Shown: one piece after another, positions 12,644-23,320 of the stretch | Layout of the letters: each line of letters begins with the position of its first letter | Position numbering within the stretch: position 1 is the stretch's first letter | From: Phoronis australis | Taxonomy: Eukaryota > Animalia > Phoronida | Length of the DNA: 53,059 nt | Assembly: GCA_002633005.1 (NCBI GenBank) | Contig: NMRA01001120.1 | Coordinates: forward strand, 1-53,059 | Reading direction: 5' to 3' | The notes under the pieces: generated by a model | What the model was told of the DNA's origin: nothing | Seen by the model: only the letters and a program-made list of their open reading frames with translations | The model's database searches: none | Position numbers and translations under genes: made by a program

Positions 12644-14178
12644 TACAAAGATTAATCAGGCTGTGGCTGGCGACTGACTGCCGCGAAGCCGACATCGGCG
12701 AGTGCCTCAGTTAACAGGCATCGGTAGAATAATCATAGAATAATCGTTAAAATAATCACAAACCTTACCTTTGTATGAGGTCTTGCTTACTTCCTCTCAT
12801 AGAAACACCCTTTTTACGCAATCTCAGATTCAGTTGTCACGGCTGCAAGCCATTTCACCGTGTATTTAAAGGGCTCGCGAAATCGAGGCTGTTAATCTAT
12901 CACCACTGGTACACGCACGCCCTCTAGTTATTGCAGATTTTCCGAATAGCCCCATTGGGGTCTCGTGCTTTTGCTCAGATGTTTTGTGCAATGGGGTCAA
13001 CCATGAGGCCTGCGCACGTCCGGTGCACCGCAAATGACATCAGACCACATGCACTGTTTTTTTTTTGAAACTAGCCGTTTGGGTCTGCTGTTTGACGCCT
13101 CAGTCAGACTGTCATATATTACATTATATGTAGGTATGGGGGGCTACCGTGTACTCGTAATCATGACCAACCTTGGCAATCTGTGGCAAAACTACCGGCA
13201 ATCGTTCCTTAAGCATTGTTGAACCGTGGCGCACCCTAACTCGCTGCGGTAGATGTTTAACTACAGTGGAGTACTGTAGCATTAGAACTACAAATCGTAG
13301 CCATCGGTGAGTTTGAATTCATAGTCTTGATAAATTCCGTGGTCGTCTGTTTTCTTGCCGTATCATTGCGATTCTGCTACGGTTCTACATGTAGGTCCGT
13401 GATTGACAAGGAAAACCTTTAGCTCAGAGCGGATGATGAGTACCATGGCGGTCTGACTCAGCGATAAAGTTGAAAATGGCTTTCATTTTCGGCTTAAGAC
13501 TGCGTATTTTGCTAAACACCTATGTTCGTTATGGTCCTACGAAATCTTAAATAGATATGAAACACAGTTTTGGCCTATTAAAAGACACTAAAACGACTTT
13601 CCCATCCACTCTATTGAAACAAAACAATGATCTGTAACCCGCCGACAACCCTAAAAAATTTGGAAGAAAATTGGAAGACTTCTTTCAAAGTTTGCTTAAC
13701 GGGCAAGTGCGACCTACGCTTTTAGAGAGCTTCAAAGCAACTGTGGGAAAAGACCACCCACCAAGGACCATAATGTCCAATCCGTGACAAATGGAGTATG
13801 AGTTTTAATTGATCCCGCTTTAACTTGGAATGTTGAGGGTAATGATGCATTAGCAGGTGACAGCTAGAACGGGGATTAGTTGAAATCATCAAAACAGGGT
13901 TTAGTATCCTTTTAAGCGCGTTGTACGCGATACGACGATTGACGAGACCACGTGGTGCAGTTATATACGACAACAACCGAGTGTTTGGCATCCAACAAAC
14001 ACATGGTTGCAGCTTTTAAAAAGTCAGACATCATAAAGCACATGCCATGTCACTCGATTCAATACTCCGTTTAAAAAAGTAGTAGCCACATTATCCATAT
14101 CAGTAGGCGTAGTTCGCCCTGGAATGTGGTTGCATCACAGTCACGCATTTTGTATCATGAAGAATGCTTACAACATAC

Positions 14179-14271
14179 CGGAGCCTGAGAGTAGAGAATC
14201 TTCGGAACTGAAGAGGAATCTATTAGCGAAGCGTCACCTTGGAATTCAAACACTTTCTCCTTAAACATGCT
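14179..14271 (-). CDS. LGMN: Legumain B exon 10
   Basis: SMFKEKVFEFQGDASLIDSSSVPKILYSQAP|gtatgt; 93 nt, same length as A exon 10. Confidence 0.88.
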
Positions 14272-14547
14272 CTAAAATATATAAACATTCAAGCTTAACA
14301 AGTGAACTATCGCCTTTGAACATGTCTATCATCCTGTAGACCAGGAATCCGTATTTTTTTAGAATGTAATTAGAATAACAAGCCATTTTTCGTATTTTTT
14401 TCTCTAAAACGACGCTTAATGACAAACCACATTTCCATTTATTGAATCAGTTGCAGGTTCAAACATCGTACAAGCAGTGGTGCTTACCTGGCGTAAAACG
14501 GGATGCACTTACAATGTGGAAGCAAATACTTGATCTAATCGGCTTAC

Positions 14548-14634
14548 CATATCTCCATATTGCTGCACCTGGCTACGGTTCGTTTTTTGTTTTACAATCT
14601 GGTATTGCTCTTCTAGCGTCTCGGATCTTAAACC
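14548..14634 (-). CDS. LGMN: Legumain B exon 9
   Basis: GLRSETLEEQYQIVKQKTNRSQVQQYGDM|gtaagc. Confidence 0.92.
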
Positions 14635-14958
14635 CTACAAAAACACATGTGTTTCTAGGCTACAGATTACGTGGCTGCAAAGCATTCCGCGTTCGATGCG
14701 ATCTACACAGATTTCTTTCTTTGATTGTCAACTATGCGTGCCTTCATCTCGAAGTCTTTCTGCACTTTGTAAAGAAAAATGTGGACAAATGTATAGGTAT
14801 GAGCTCTTTCTGTGGATTTACCACGATCGAGTTAAAACAAAAGAAAAGATACGTGCCCAATCCCGTTTTATCCGTGGGTAACACAGGTTTAGAACTGTAG
14901 TCGTCCTAGGTTTTATGGAGTGAAATGAGGGAGCCTATCAACTTTATGAACGTGTTAC

Positions 14959-15077
14959 CTTGTCCGAGTTTTCCATCCAGTTGACGCTGTACAGATCACC
15001 TAAGTAGGTATGTCTTGTCTTGTCAAAGTAAACGGCGTAGGACGACTGATGCGGATTAGAAGCCGTGGTCACGAAAA
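14959..15077 (-). CDS. LGMN: Legumain B exon 8
   Basis: [40 protein letters not shown]; 119 nt. Confidence 0.93.
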
Positions 15078-15861
15078 CTGACAAAACACGAATAAACAAT
15101 TTTGCATCTTTGAGCAAATGTTAACGACTCAGCATGATCTTGAGAAGGAAAGTTTTCGATCGACCCTCATTTCACTATCCACCGGTGGTTATCCATTAAA
15201 AAGGACGATTCCGCGTAAATGAATTGATAGCGGCTATAAACTCGCCTTCCTCTATAAAAAGTTTTTAATTGAGATCATGGTCTCAATTTGTTCCTTCGTC
15301 AAAATAGGTGTAATTTTTGGTCTTGAAGACGCTATGTTCCTTATTGTTTGAGACTAGGCTCTATATGAGTTGACATGTCATGGAGTGTCATGTTATTAGT
15401 TGAGCTAGAAGAATGAAGAACTGCATCTTCGTTGTAAGACCAAAAAGTCACTCACCATCTTAGTAAAGATTATGATGAGACAGTTCTATTGCGGTAACTG
15501 GTCTAAATCGAAATTTATTATCTTCAAGGGAACGCTGGTTTGTTGCCGCTTACACGGGAGCGAATATGACCTATTTTAAAATCCTGTTTGTAGAAAAATA
15601 TTGACTTCTCACAGGCGTATATATAGAATTTCAAAAAGGGTTCCAGCCACATTTCTCTTAAGGAAAAATCTACGTGAATCCCAAAGACGGCAACGTTTTC
15701 GTAGAACTATTCTAAATCCGCCTGTGATTCTCTAATGGATTTCCTTGCCATATATTGTACGCCATTCCACAGATCAATTATAGACTTTCTCTGCAATTAG
15801 GTTCAATATTGCTTTCAAGTTCCAATAATAATAGTTGTACAGTGCTTCTTCACTGACATAC

Positions 15862-15928
15862 CGTTAAGGTTGTCGGGTATCTTGTAAAACATGGAGCCGG
15901 ATTCACACGACTCCAGGTAAATGACCAT
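15862..15928 (-). CDS. LGMN: Legumain B exon 7 (catalytic Cys)
   Basis: MVIYLESCESGSMFYKIPDNLN|gtatgt. Confidence 0.93.
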
Positions 15929-16222
15929 CTACAACAATTACAATATAATTCATCTCAAAGTTACCAAGTACTGAGAACATTTCACTTCTGTAATACCACG
16001 TTCAACTTACTGTACACGCACGTTAACTCAGCTTTGTTTGGCTTAAAGGAACTTTAGGTTTCATGGCCAAAACACTTTCTTAGGATTACACTGTCTCGTT
16101 ATTGGATGGAATAGATTTCGTGAAGTTATTCAGCCTTGACCATAGATACAGAACACCAAATTTTGTTGGATTTTTGTGAATTTATTGGAAATTCCATCGT
16201 CGTTCTATTGGACATTCGCTTA

Positions 16223-18308
16223 AACCATAGAACTCTTGTCCTGGAATGCCACCTTTGATCTCGCGGCTGTCGAGGTTGCGCAGCACATGCGTGGCATTAG
16301 CTTGCATTAGATTGTTCCGGTGTTTATAATTACTACGAACTTTACAGTCACTAAAACGTTTCGCAAAACCGCCGTTTATCAATCGAATTGCATAAGAGTC
16401 ATATCATTAGAAAGCCCTTCGCCAGTCTTGATGGTGTGATTACAGCAGAAGCAAACGATACATCATTTGATTTATAAATAATCATCAATTCGCATACCTC
16501 AGTTTTAATTATTATTTTTTTTTCTAAAATGGAAAATAACAGGATGTGATAGTAACATAAAAAGGAAATGAACCACATAACTCGCTAATGTAACCAGCAT
16601 GGATATGATTCCAATGATTCAAAAGATTTGTACCCTATCAAGTGACCAACTTCAATTGAAGAACAACGCTACTCAAACACATCACGGAACTGACAATCAC
16701 TATTTTGACTTGGTTGAGTTGTTGGTGACCAAGTACTATAATGTTAAAATGAATCATGTTGCACACTGCGCCATTCAACACTTGTACTGGTAGTATGAGG
16801 CAGAAGCTGGCCAAGCTCATTTTGTTCAAAGACAGTTGGGACACAGCAGATATCAAGCCGTTCTAGTCTGTGTTTTTTGAAAACTGATGCGGTGATGTGC
16901 TAGTGTTTAGTTGTCCAGTAGAAAAGACCAACTGAAATGGGTCGCTATCGCTTTTCCCACATCGTCTGATGTCAGCTGAAATGGATGGGGATCTTTTTTC
17001 TTTAATTGAGGCGCAGGTTTTTGAAAAAAATCCGGTTCTAATTTTTGTACTGAAAATTGAGCTCAAACTTATTGTGCTATTTTTCGTCCTGCTTTAAATA
17101 CAAAAACGATATAATGCTTGAGTGCATTATACTTTACACACATGCGTTTCTAGTCCAGATTAGGATCAAATCCTTCTTCAGATGTTCAAAATTCATTTTC
17201 TGCAAAGTTCCCAAGAATACACTTGCACATTTAGTAAAAATCTTAGTTTAAAGATTGGAAAAAACAAGCCTCAACTATTTTTCTAGCCACTAGGTGCTAG
17301 TGCAGTATGATTAGAATACTCAATGAAATGACAGGAAAGTATTGTGTCCGCACCATATCTGCTTCCTGAATCATTTTTGTGGTTCTCAAACCAAGCAGGA
17401 TTTTTGTGCCAGTTGTGACACAGCTGAGAAGATGAATTACTGTGTGCGTGCATGAATTATTATTACAGTGGCAGAGCATCAAAATTTTTGCCTGTTTCTT
17501 TTTGCATTGAGGTCTAGGATTTTGCTCACAGTTCTGAGCTTCTGAAATTTGCAAACATGACCTGGATTCATCCAGCGCCAGTTGACAATAAGCGTCAAGT
17601 GAATAATGAGAATTATGTCAATATTATAATGAAAGTGATGATAGTTAATTCAAAGAAGAAACATTTAAAATGTTAGGTTATCCATATTTTGATGAAGATA
17701 TCAAATTTTTATCAATTTCTAAATGCTTACATATATTGTTCGTTTGATATGAGCTCAGAATACAATATTGTGTTTGTTGGCCAACAAAGGTGCTGCTAAA
17801 ATAATTATTTTTGTTTTTTAACACCCATTTTAATTTATTTCACAACATGTATCACTTTCATTGTCTAGTAACTTCCAACGAACACACCCAAATCACATTA
17901 TCATTAAGTTTTTGCTCAGTATTTTTTGTTTTTTAAGTACTGGTTTTCTGTGCCAAATAATGTAAAAATCAATGTCAAATTTTATGTCAAATTTCTCGTA
18001 AACGCGTGCAAGTCAAATTTTGGGAACTTTTTAGATTTTAAAAGTATATCACTTAATGATACTAAAACCACCAAAATTATATTGCCTCCCAAAATAGCTA
18101 CGGAAGTGATTTTCCAGGCTCCCTGGAATTGAATGGACTATGGCTTACTCAGGAGAAAAAATTATCTATTGCATTTCTTCCCAGGACCGCGTGGCCTGTG
18201 CTATCTGGCTTGCGAGTAGTGGCGTGTCGTCTCCAAATATTTAGCTCCGTGAGAATACATTGGTCACTTGCGATAGTTGGCATTCCAGGGCTAGAGTTCT
18301 ATGCTTAA
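16223..18308. mobile_element. Putative ~2.1 kb TIR element in legumain B intron 6
   Basis: aaccatagaactcttgtcctggaatgcca (left) versus tggcattccagggctagagttctatgctt (right). The left ~420 bp is also present at ~21970-22420. Confidence 0.5.
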
Positions 18309-19152
18309 ACCAAGACTGGTGTCTTCACCAGTGAAATCTGCTCATACAAAGACATTTATCGAATGCGATTTAGCTCAGCCAGTAGAGCGTTTGAATTTAT
18401 CTTCGGTAGGATTCCAGGAAATGCCCTTTGTCCCGGGTATGTCCCTCTAAATGAGCCATCTTACGAGCATAACGAATACGTAATATAGTGCGCAAGAACA
18501 AATTCTTCAGACTTCATATATATGGATGGCTGGGAATTAGTGTAGCATCACCTCCATGGATTCTTGATTATAAACCCGGGCCCAGTCACCTTCCTGAACA
18601 AAACTAATTTTTGAGACCACTTACCCTTGTGAAATTTGTCTCATATTGTTCCTTAGTCAGACTAGACTTGATTTCAGGGCTTCGAATTAACTGACAGAGA
18701 TCGTTACTACTTGTCACGACAAAACATTAATTTTATGCGACGAGTATGGTATCGAGGAACAACGAATTGCCAGTTCCTCTGTGAGTAGGAACAAGTTGAA
18801 ACGAGTTTTATAGCAGTAAAGGATGTAAATAAAAACTCGCATCTTTATTAAAGAGATAGATTTATAATCCCTCAACAGACTTTCTACATGTAGATGATGG
18901 ATAGCACACATGTAAGAATGTTACAAATTTTCGTCGTATGCTGGAGACCGGGTTGGGAGGTAAGGGGTGGGAGAGATAGAGATAAAGACGAGAAAGAAAA
19001 TTTGATTCATTTCTACCCACACTCCCGTACTATATCTAAAGTAGGATTCCTACACATTGCTGTAGAATCAATCGTTTTCACTTATTCAAAAGATTAAAAC
19101 GTACGACGCCTGTTTCGTGATTTCTCTGTTATCTAAACTTACGTACACATAC

Positions 19153-19214
19153 CTGAGCATACCTTTTTCCTTGTTCATCTTTTTAATGGCGTCAATCCAC
19201 AATTTAGAATGCAT
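19153..19214 (-). CDS. LGMN: Legumain B exon 6 (1-nt deletion in an A-run)
   Basis: MHSKLWIDAIKKMNKEK then off-frame. Adding one A to GAAAAAGG gives KEKRYAQ|gtatgt and 63 nt, as in paralog A. Confidence 0.85.
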
Positions 19215-19469
19215 CTAGAAAGTTACAGAAACTACGGAAATGATATGTAAATTAAATTGTTTTGAAACACATTTGACATTATAATTTTAGAACATTTCAG
19301 CAGTCAGTTGTAATACCCGGCCACGGTGTGAATTTTGTATTAACAAAATCTTCTAATGTACATTTATTTTTGTCTCCTGAAGTAAATCTAAAACTATTAA
19401 ATTTAGATTTTTCCTTAGTCTAAGTTTATTCCAAAAGCCCGATGCCCGCAAATTTAAAATTCGACTCAC

Positions 19470-19545
19470 CAACTTCCTTGGAAACGCGACAGTGTCCGGT
19501 CCACCATGATCAACGAAGTTAACAAAGATGTGGTCATCCGGGCCA
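19470..19545 (-). CDS. LGMN: Legumain B exon 5 (catalytic His)
   Basis: GPDDHIFVNFVDHGGPDTVAFPRKL|gtgagt. Confidence 0.93.
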
Positions 19546-19776
19546 CTGAGGAAGCAAATCAGGAACTAAATTCAACCTTCATGTACTACGTAAACAAACA
19601 TCTGCGATTTCACGAAGTGTAACTTTATGCAGGAATTGAATGAAAGTAGATTTACATGATTTACGGTTACTCGGAACTAAATTATAGAAAAATATATAAA
19701 AGCATGAATACACTAACGTAAGAATGTCATCACTGAATCAAAACTAAGCATTTCATCAAATGTATCAACTATATAC

Positions 19777-19877
19777 CTGTTGATGACCTTGCCGCTGCCA
19801 ATAGGATTATCATCTTCAGCCAACAACAGGTCTTGTCTTCCGTGCATGACGCTCAAGAAGGTTTCAGGTGTAACGTG
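19777..19877 (-). CDS. LGMN: Legumain B exon 4
   Basis: HVTPETFLSVMHGRQDLLLAEDDNPIGSGKVIN(S); 101 nt. Confidence 0.9.
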
Positions 19878-19994
19878 CTAAAATGAAGGATTCGTGTTAT
19901 ACTGAAGACATAACAACATCCGCTCGTGCTCCAAGAAAACAGTAACCTGAAAACGAAAGTATTAGACCTGTTGCTCTTTTCTTCGTACTCTTAA

Positions 19995-21314
19995 AGGCGA
20001 AGGCAACCCTTTTTCATGTCACTTTTAGCAAAAATAAGGCTCGTTGATTATCCCAGAAACATTTGTTTTTGCTTTTCGTAATTTGATTAATTTCTCGTCT
20101 TCTAATCCGCAAGTGACGTTGTGGGAGGCAAGAGTTTCGCGCCAATTTCTTTTCATTATAGTCTAACTTTGAGAGGTGTCGTGTCAGTCATTGTTCTACC
20201 TCAGTTGTATTAAGTTTGATCGTCGTTTGCTTTTGTTTACAAGTCAGTCAACATGCCACGCTGTTGCTGCGTGCCGGGATGTACTCATTATCGTCTCACA
20301 CGCGCTTTGCCTGGGTACCTTGCGTCGCTTTCCGAAGGATGACACACTTCGCCGTACTTGGCTAGCTCGTTCATGGGAAGAACGCAGCGCTACCCGTTCA
20401 CGCAACGTACTAAGCAGTGGAGGGTTACCGAGTGTGTGGCAAGCATTTTCTGCCGTCAGATTACGACAGAGATATGTACGCTGAATTGATGAAGGTCCTT
20501 GCAAAGCAACGCCTGAAAAAGGGTACCATACCGTCGCTGTTGACTCCCGGCAGTGCCCCGTCGCCAACCCCGAGAAGTGCGTTTTCGAAGCGAGAAGCCT
20601 CGCGAGCTGTGGCCACTATATACAGTGACTGGAAGCACTTCATCTACTGTCACACGTGCCTCCGAACGTACCCCATTGCGTGCAATTCCGGGAACTAGCA
20701 GTGATTCGCCCTGTCCTGTTGTCTCTAGCCCAGAGCCTGTAATCAGTCCTGAAGCGATGTTCAATGAGTAGTGGGAGTGAATACAGGCCCAGTTCGACAC
20801 CCATTGAAGAGGACACTTCGCCATCCAATGAACTGATCGATGAGCCTAAGTTTTATAAGTTTATTGTGGACTTGTATTGGAGCTATTTAGAAGGTGCCAG
20901 GTGTGTGGCGAGGGGTTCACACGGCGGGATGTAAGCAGTTTGTGTGCTCAGATCACCCTCCAGTGGGAGTGAGTCGCGGGACACTCGGGCAAGTGGGACA
21001 GTTCTTCCTCTGTACGTGAGACGATAATGAGTACACCCCAGTACGCAGCAACAGCGTGGTATGTTGACTGACTCGTGAGCAAAAGCAAACGACGACCGAA
21101 CGTATCACAACTGAGGTAGAACAATGACTGACTCCACTGCTCTCATAGTCAGACTATATGAAAAGAAATTGGCGCGAAATTCTTGCCTCCCAAAACGTCA
21201 CTTCCGGAGTAGACGACGAGTAAATAAATAAATTACGAAAACCAGTAAATAAGTGAAAAGTGTGTCTGGGATAATCAACGCTAAAAATGACATGAAAAAA
21301 GGTTGCCTTCGCCT
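19995..21314 (+). mobile_element. Kolobok-like non-autonomous transposon with THAP and transposase remnants
   Basis: ttaa|AGGCGAAGGCAACC...GGTTGCCTTCGCCT|ttaa. Frameshifted THAP: MPRCCCVPGC..RFPKD..RRTW..RVCGKHF..LKKGTIPS. Downstream remnant: EPKF..FIV..LELFRRCQVCG..GHSGKWDSS. Confidence 0.85.
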
Positions 21315-21750
21315 TTAATACTAGAATTCGTTCGAAAAGTTCATTTCGTAGCGACCTCTATCATTATATTACCGTAGTTGGAATTGTATTTGCAAATATG
21401 AGACCGAAAACAATCGCGTTATCTAAATGAGCTTGTTGTTACTTTATAAAAATCGCAATTACTATAGCTGTGCCTTGGCGACTTACAGCTTCCATTTTGT
21501 ACATCGCTTATGTCAACAACAGAAGAAACGATGTTGACTATGCACACAGAAATAATTATAAAAACACAGATTCTTTCATTCCAATTTTTATTTTAGGGAA
21601 ATGATTTTCGAGTAGCCCCATCATTTTTCGACTGATCCGATCAGAATACATGATCACGCTTCTTTGGCCAGTGTTAAATTGTGGTAAAATCCATCTCGTT
21701 ATTTTAAAAATGTGGACCTCAGATGTTACTATTATACACGATCTACCCAC

Positions 21751-21832
21751 CCTTCCGGTGTAGTCCTTTGGAACGCCCTTGTACACATCTGGTCCCTCAG
21801 GATGGTTTATGATGATGCCTTTTGTCGGATTC
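21751..21832 (-). CDS. LGMN: Legumain B exon 3
   Basis: [27 protein letters not shown]; 82 nt. Confidence 0.93.
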
Positions 21833-23154
21833 CTAAAAGATACGCGCATCTAGTCTATTATACAGATGAAGTGGGATGGCTATCGCTGTTGGATAGCAGC
21901 ATGCACTACAAAAAAATTTAAATTCGCCCATGCTGAATTATGTTGTAAGAAGAGACTTTTCCACAGTCTACCGTAAAACTCTTGACCTGGAATGCCAACC
22001 ACGATCTCGCAGCCTCTGAGGTTGCGCAGCACATGCGTGACAGTTGTTTGCATACGTTTGTTCTGGTGTGTGTACGTGTTATGGAATTTACTGCCATTAA
22101 AACTTTTCATAACTCCGCCGTTTTTCAACCAAATTGCATAAGAGCCATCACTAAAAAGCCCTTTGTCAGTTTTTGATAATCACACCAGAATCAAAAGATA
22201 AACAATTTAATTCATAAGTGATTATCATTTTGCAGTCCTGACTGGTTTAAAATGTTTTATTTTTTCAATTCTAAAAACCAAAAGGGTTACCAAAATGCGA
22301 AAATAGTGTAATAGTAACATGAAAAGGAAATGAACCAGAGAGCTTATACAAATGACTAGCTATATAGTTAAGCCATTAGGGAAAGAATGTTATTGATTTA
22401 AAAGATTTGTACCTTATAAATACAAAGGTTATAGAATATGGATCCCTCACACTTGCTGTGGGTCATTTAGTCAGGCATTCCTCCAAAATTATACATCTTT
22501 ATATATCATAACTAATTGGACCTCTGGTGCCGTTTAATACAATTATTTAGTAAAACTCAGAATGCAGTGACATTTACGAACAATGCAATAAACTAGTAAC
22601 TCCAAGCTAGTATCTATCCGAAATTTGCAGATATGGATTTTCTGATAGATAAAAATGAGCAAACACCTAGCTTAGAAATGTATAGCTTATCACAATGATT
22701 GCAGTGCAGGATTTTTCATAAAAGTTAAGAAATAAACTATTTTCTCCAGGAAGTAAAAGTTAGTGATCTTGATACATGAAGTGTATGTTACCGTAAACAC
22801 GAGACACTAGAACACATTCTTACACTTGTTATGTTACTAAAGAAAGTGGAGTCTGGGAAATAGCAGTATTCAAGAAAAGAGACAATTTTAGTTTGAACAC
22901 CTTCCGCATTGTTGTCACGGTCAAATTTCAATAACGAAAACACGGAACAACTAGACTGAAAAGCGGGACTTCAGGATAAAAAGCGGAACGTCTAGGCGTA
23001 AGCCAAAACGTATACAGGGTGAAATGCAACACACAAAGACGTACTGACAGCGTTTTTTGTTGTTGTTTTATAGCTGAATGGAAAATTGTGGGTGCCGTTT
23101 CTTAGTCGAGCGTGAAAATATGGATGTGTCTGGTGGGAAATTACAATTATAGAT

Positions 23155-23320
23155 ATAGATTACTACATGGCGAAGTCTTCGTTATTTCCTGTAATCTAGA
23201 GCCCGAGTGCATTTTGGAGAATTATCGCCCGAGTGGGTTAGCAACGAGGGCGATAATTCTCCAAAATCCAAAAGGCTCTAGATGAGGTGGACAACGACTA
23301 AAAACATGTAATAATCTGTT
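23155..23320. repeat. Palindromic element with a perfect 20-bp hairpin
   Basis: ATTTTGGAGAATTATCGCCC (23211-23230), 17-nt loop, GGGCGATAATTCTCCAAAAT (23248-23267), inside the outer inverted pair agattactacatg / catgtaataatct. Confidence 0.75.

Noticed and set aside
3269-12714. Repeated RPVDGRS.TNFRPVGQKFVMCAV peptides as a gene family
   Set aside because: Translations of the GC-rich TIR.
14442-14900. 152-aa + strand ORF
   Set aside because: Antisense to legumain B exon 9 and its flanking introns, with no recognisable motif.
16182-22128. ORFs containing HVLRNL..GIPGQEFYG as extra legumain exon 2 copies
   Set aside because: They lack CHA and MMYDD and have no matching splice sites. They are translations of a repeated non-coding TIR arm.
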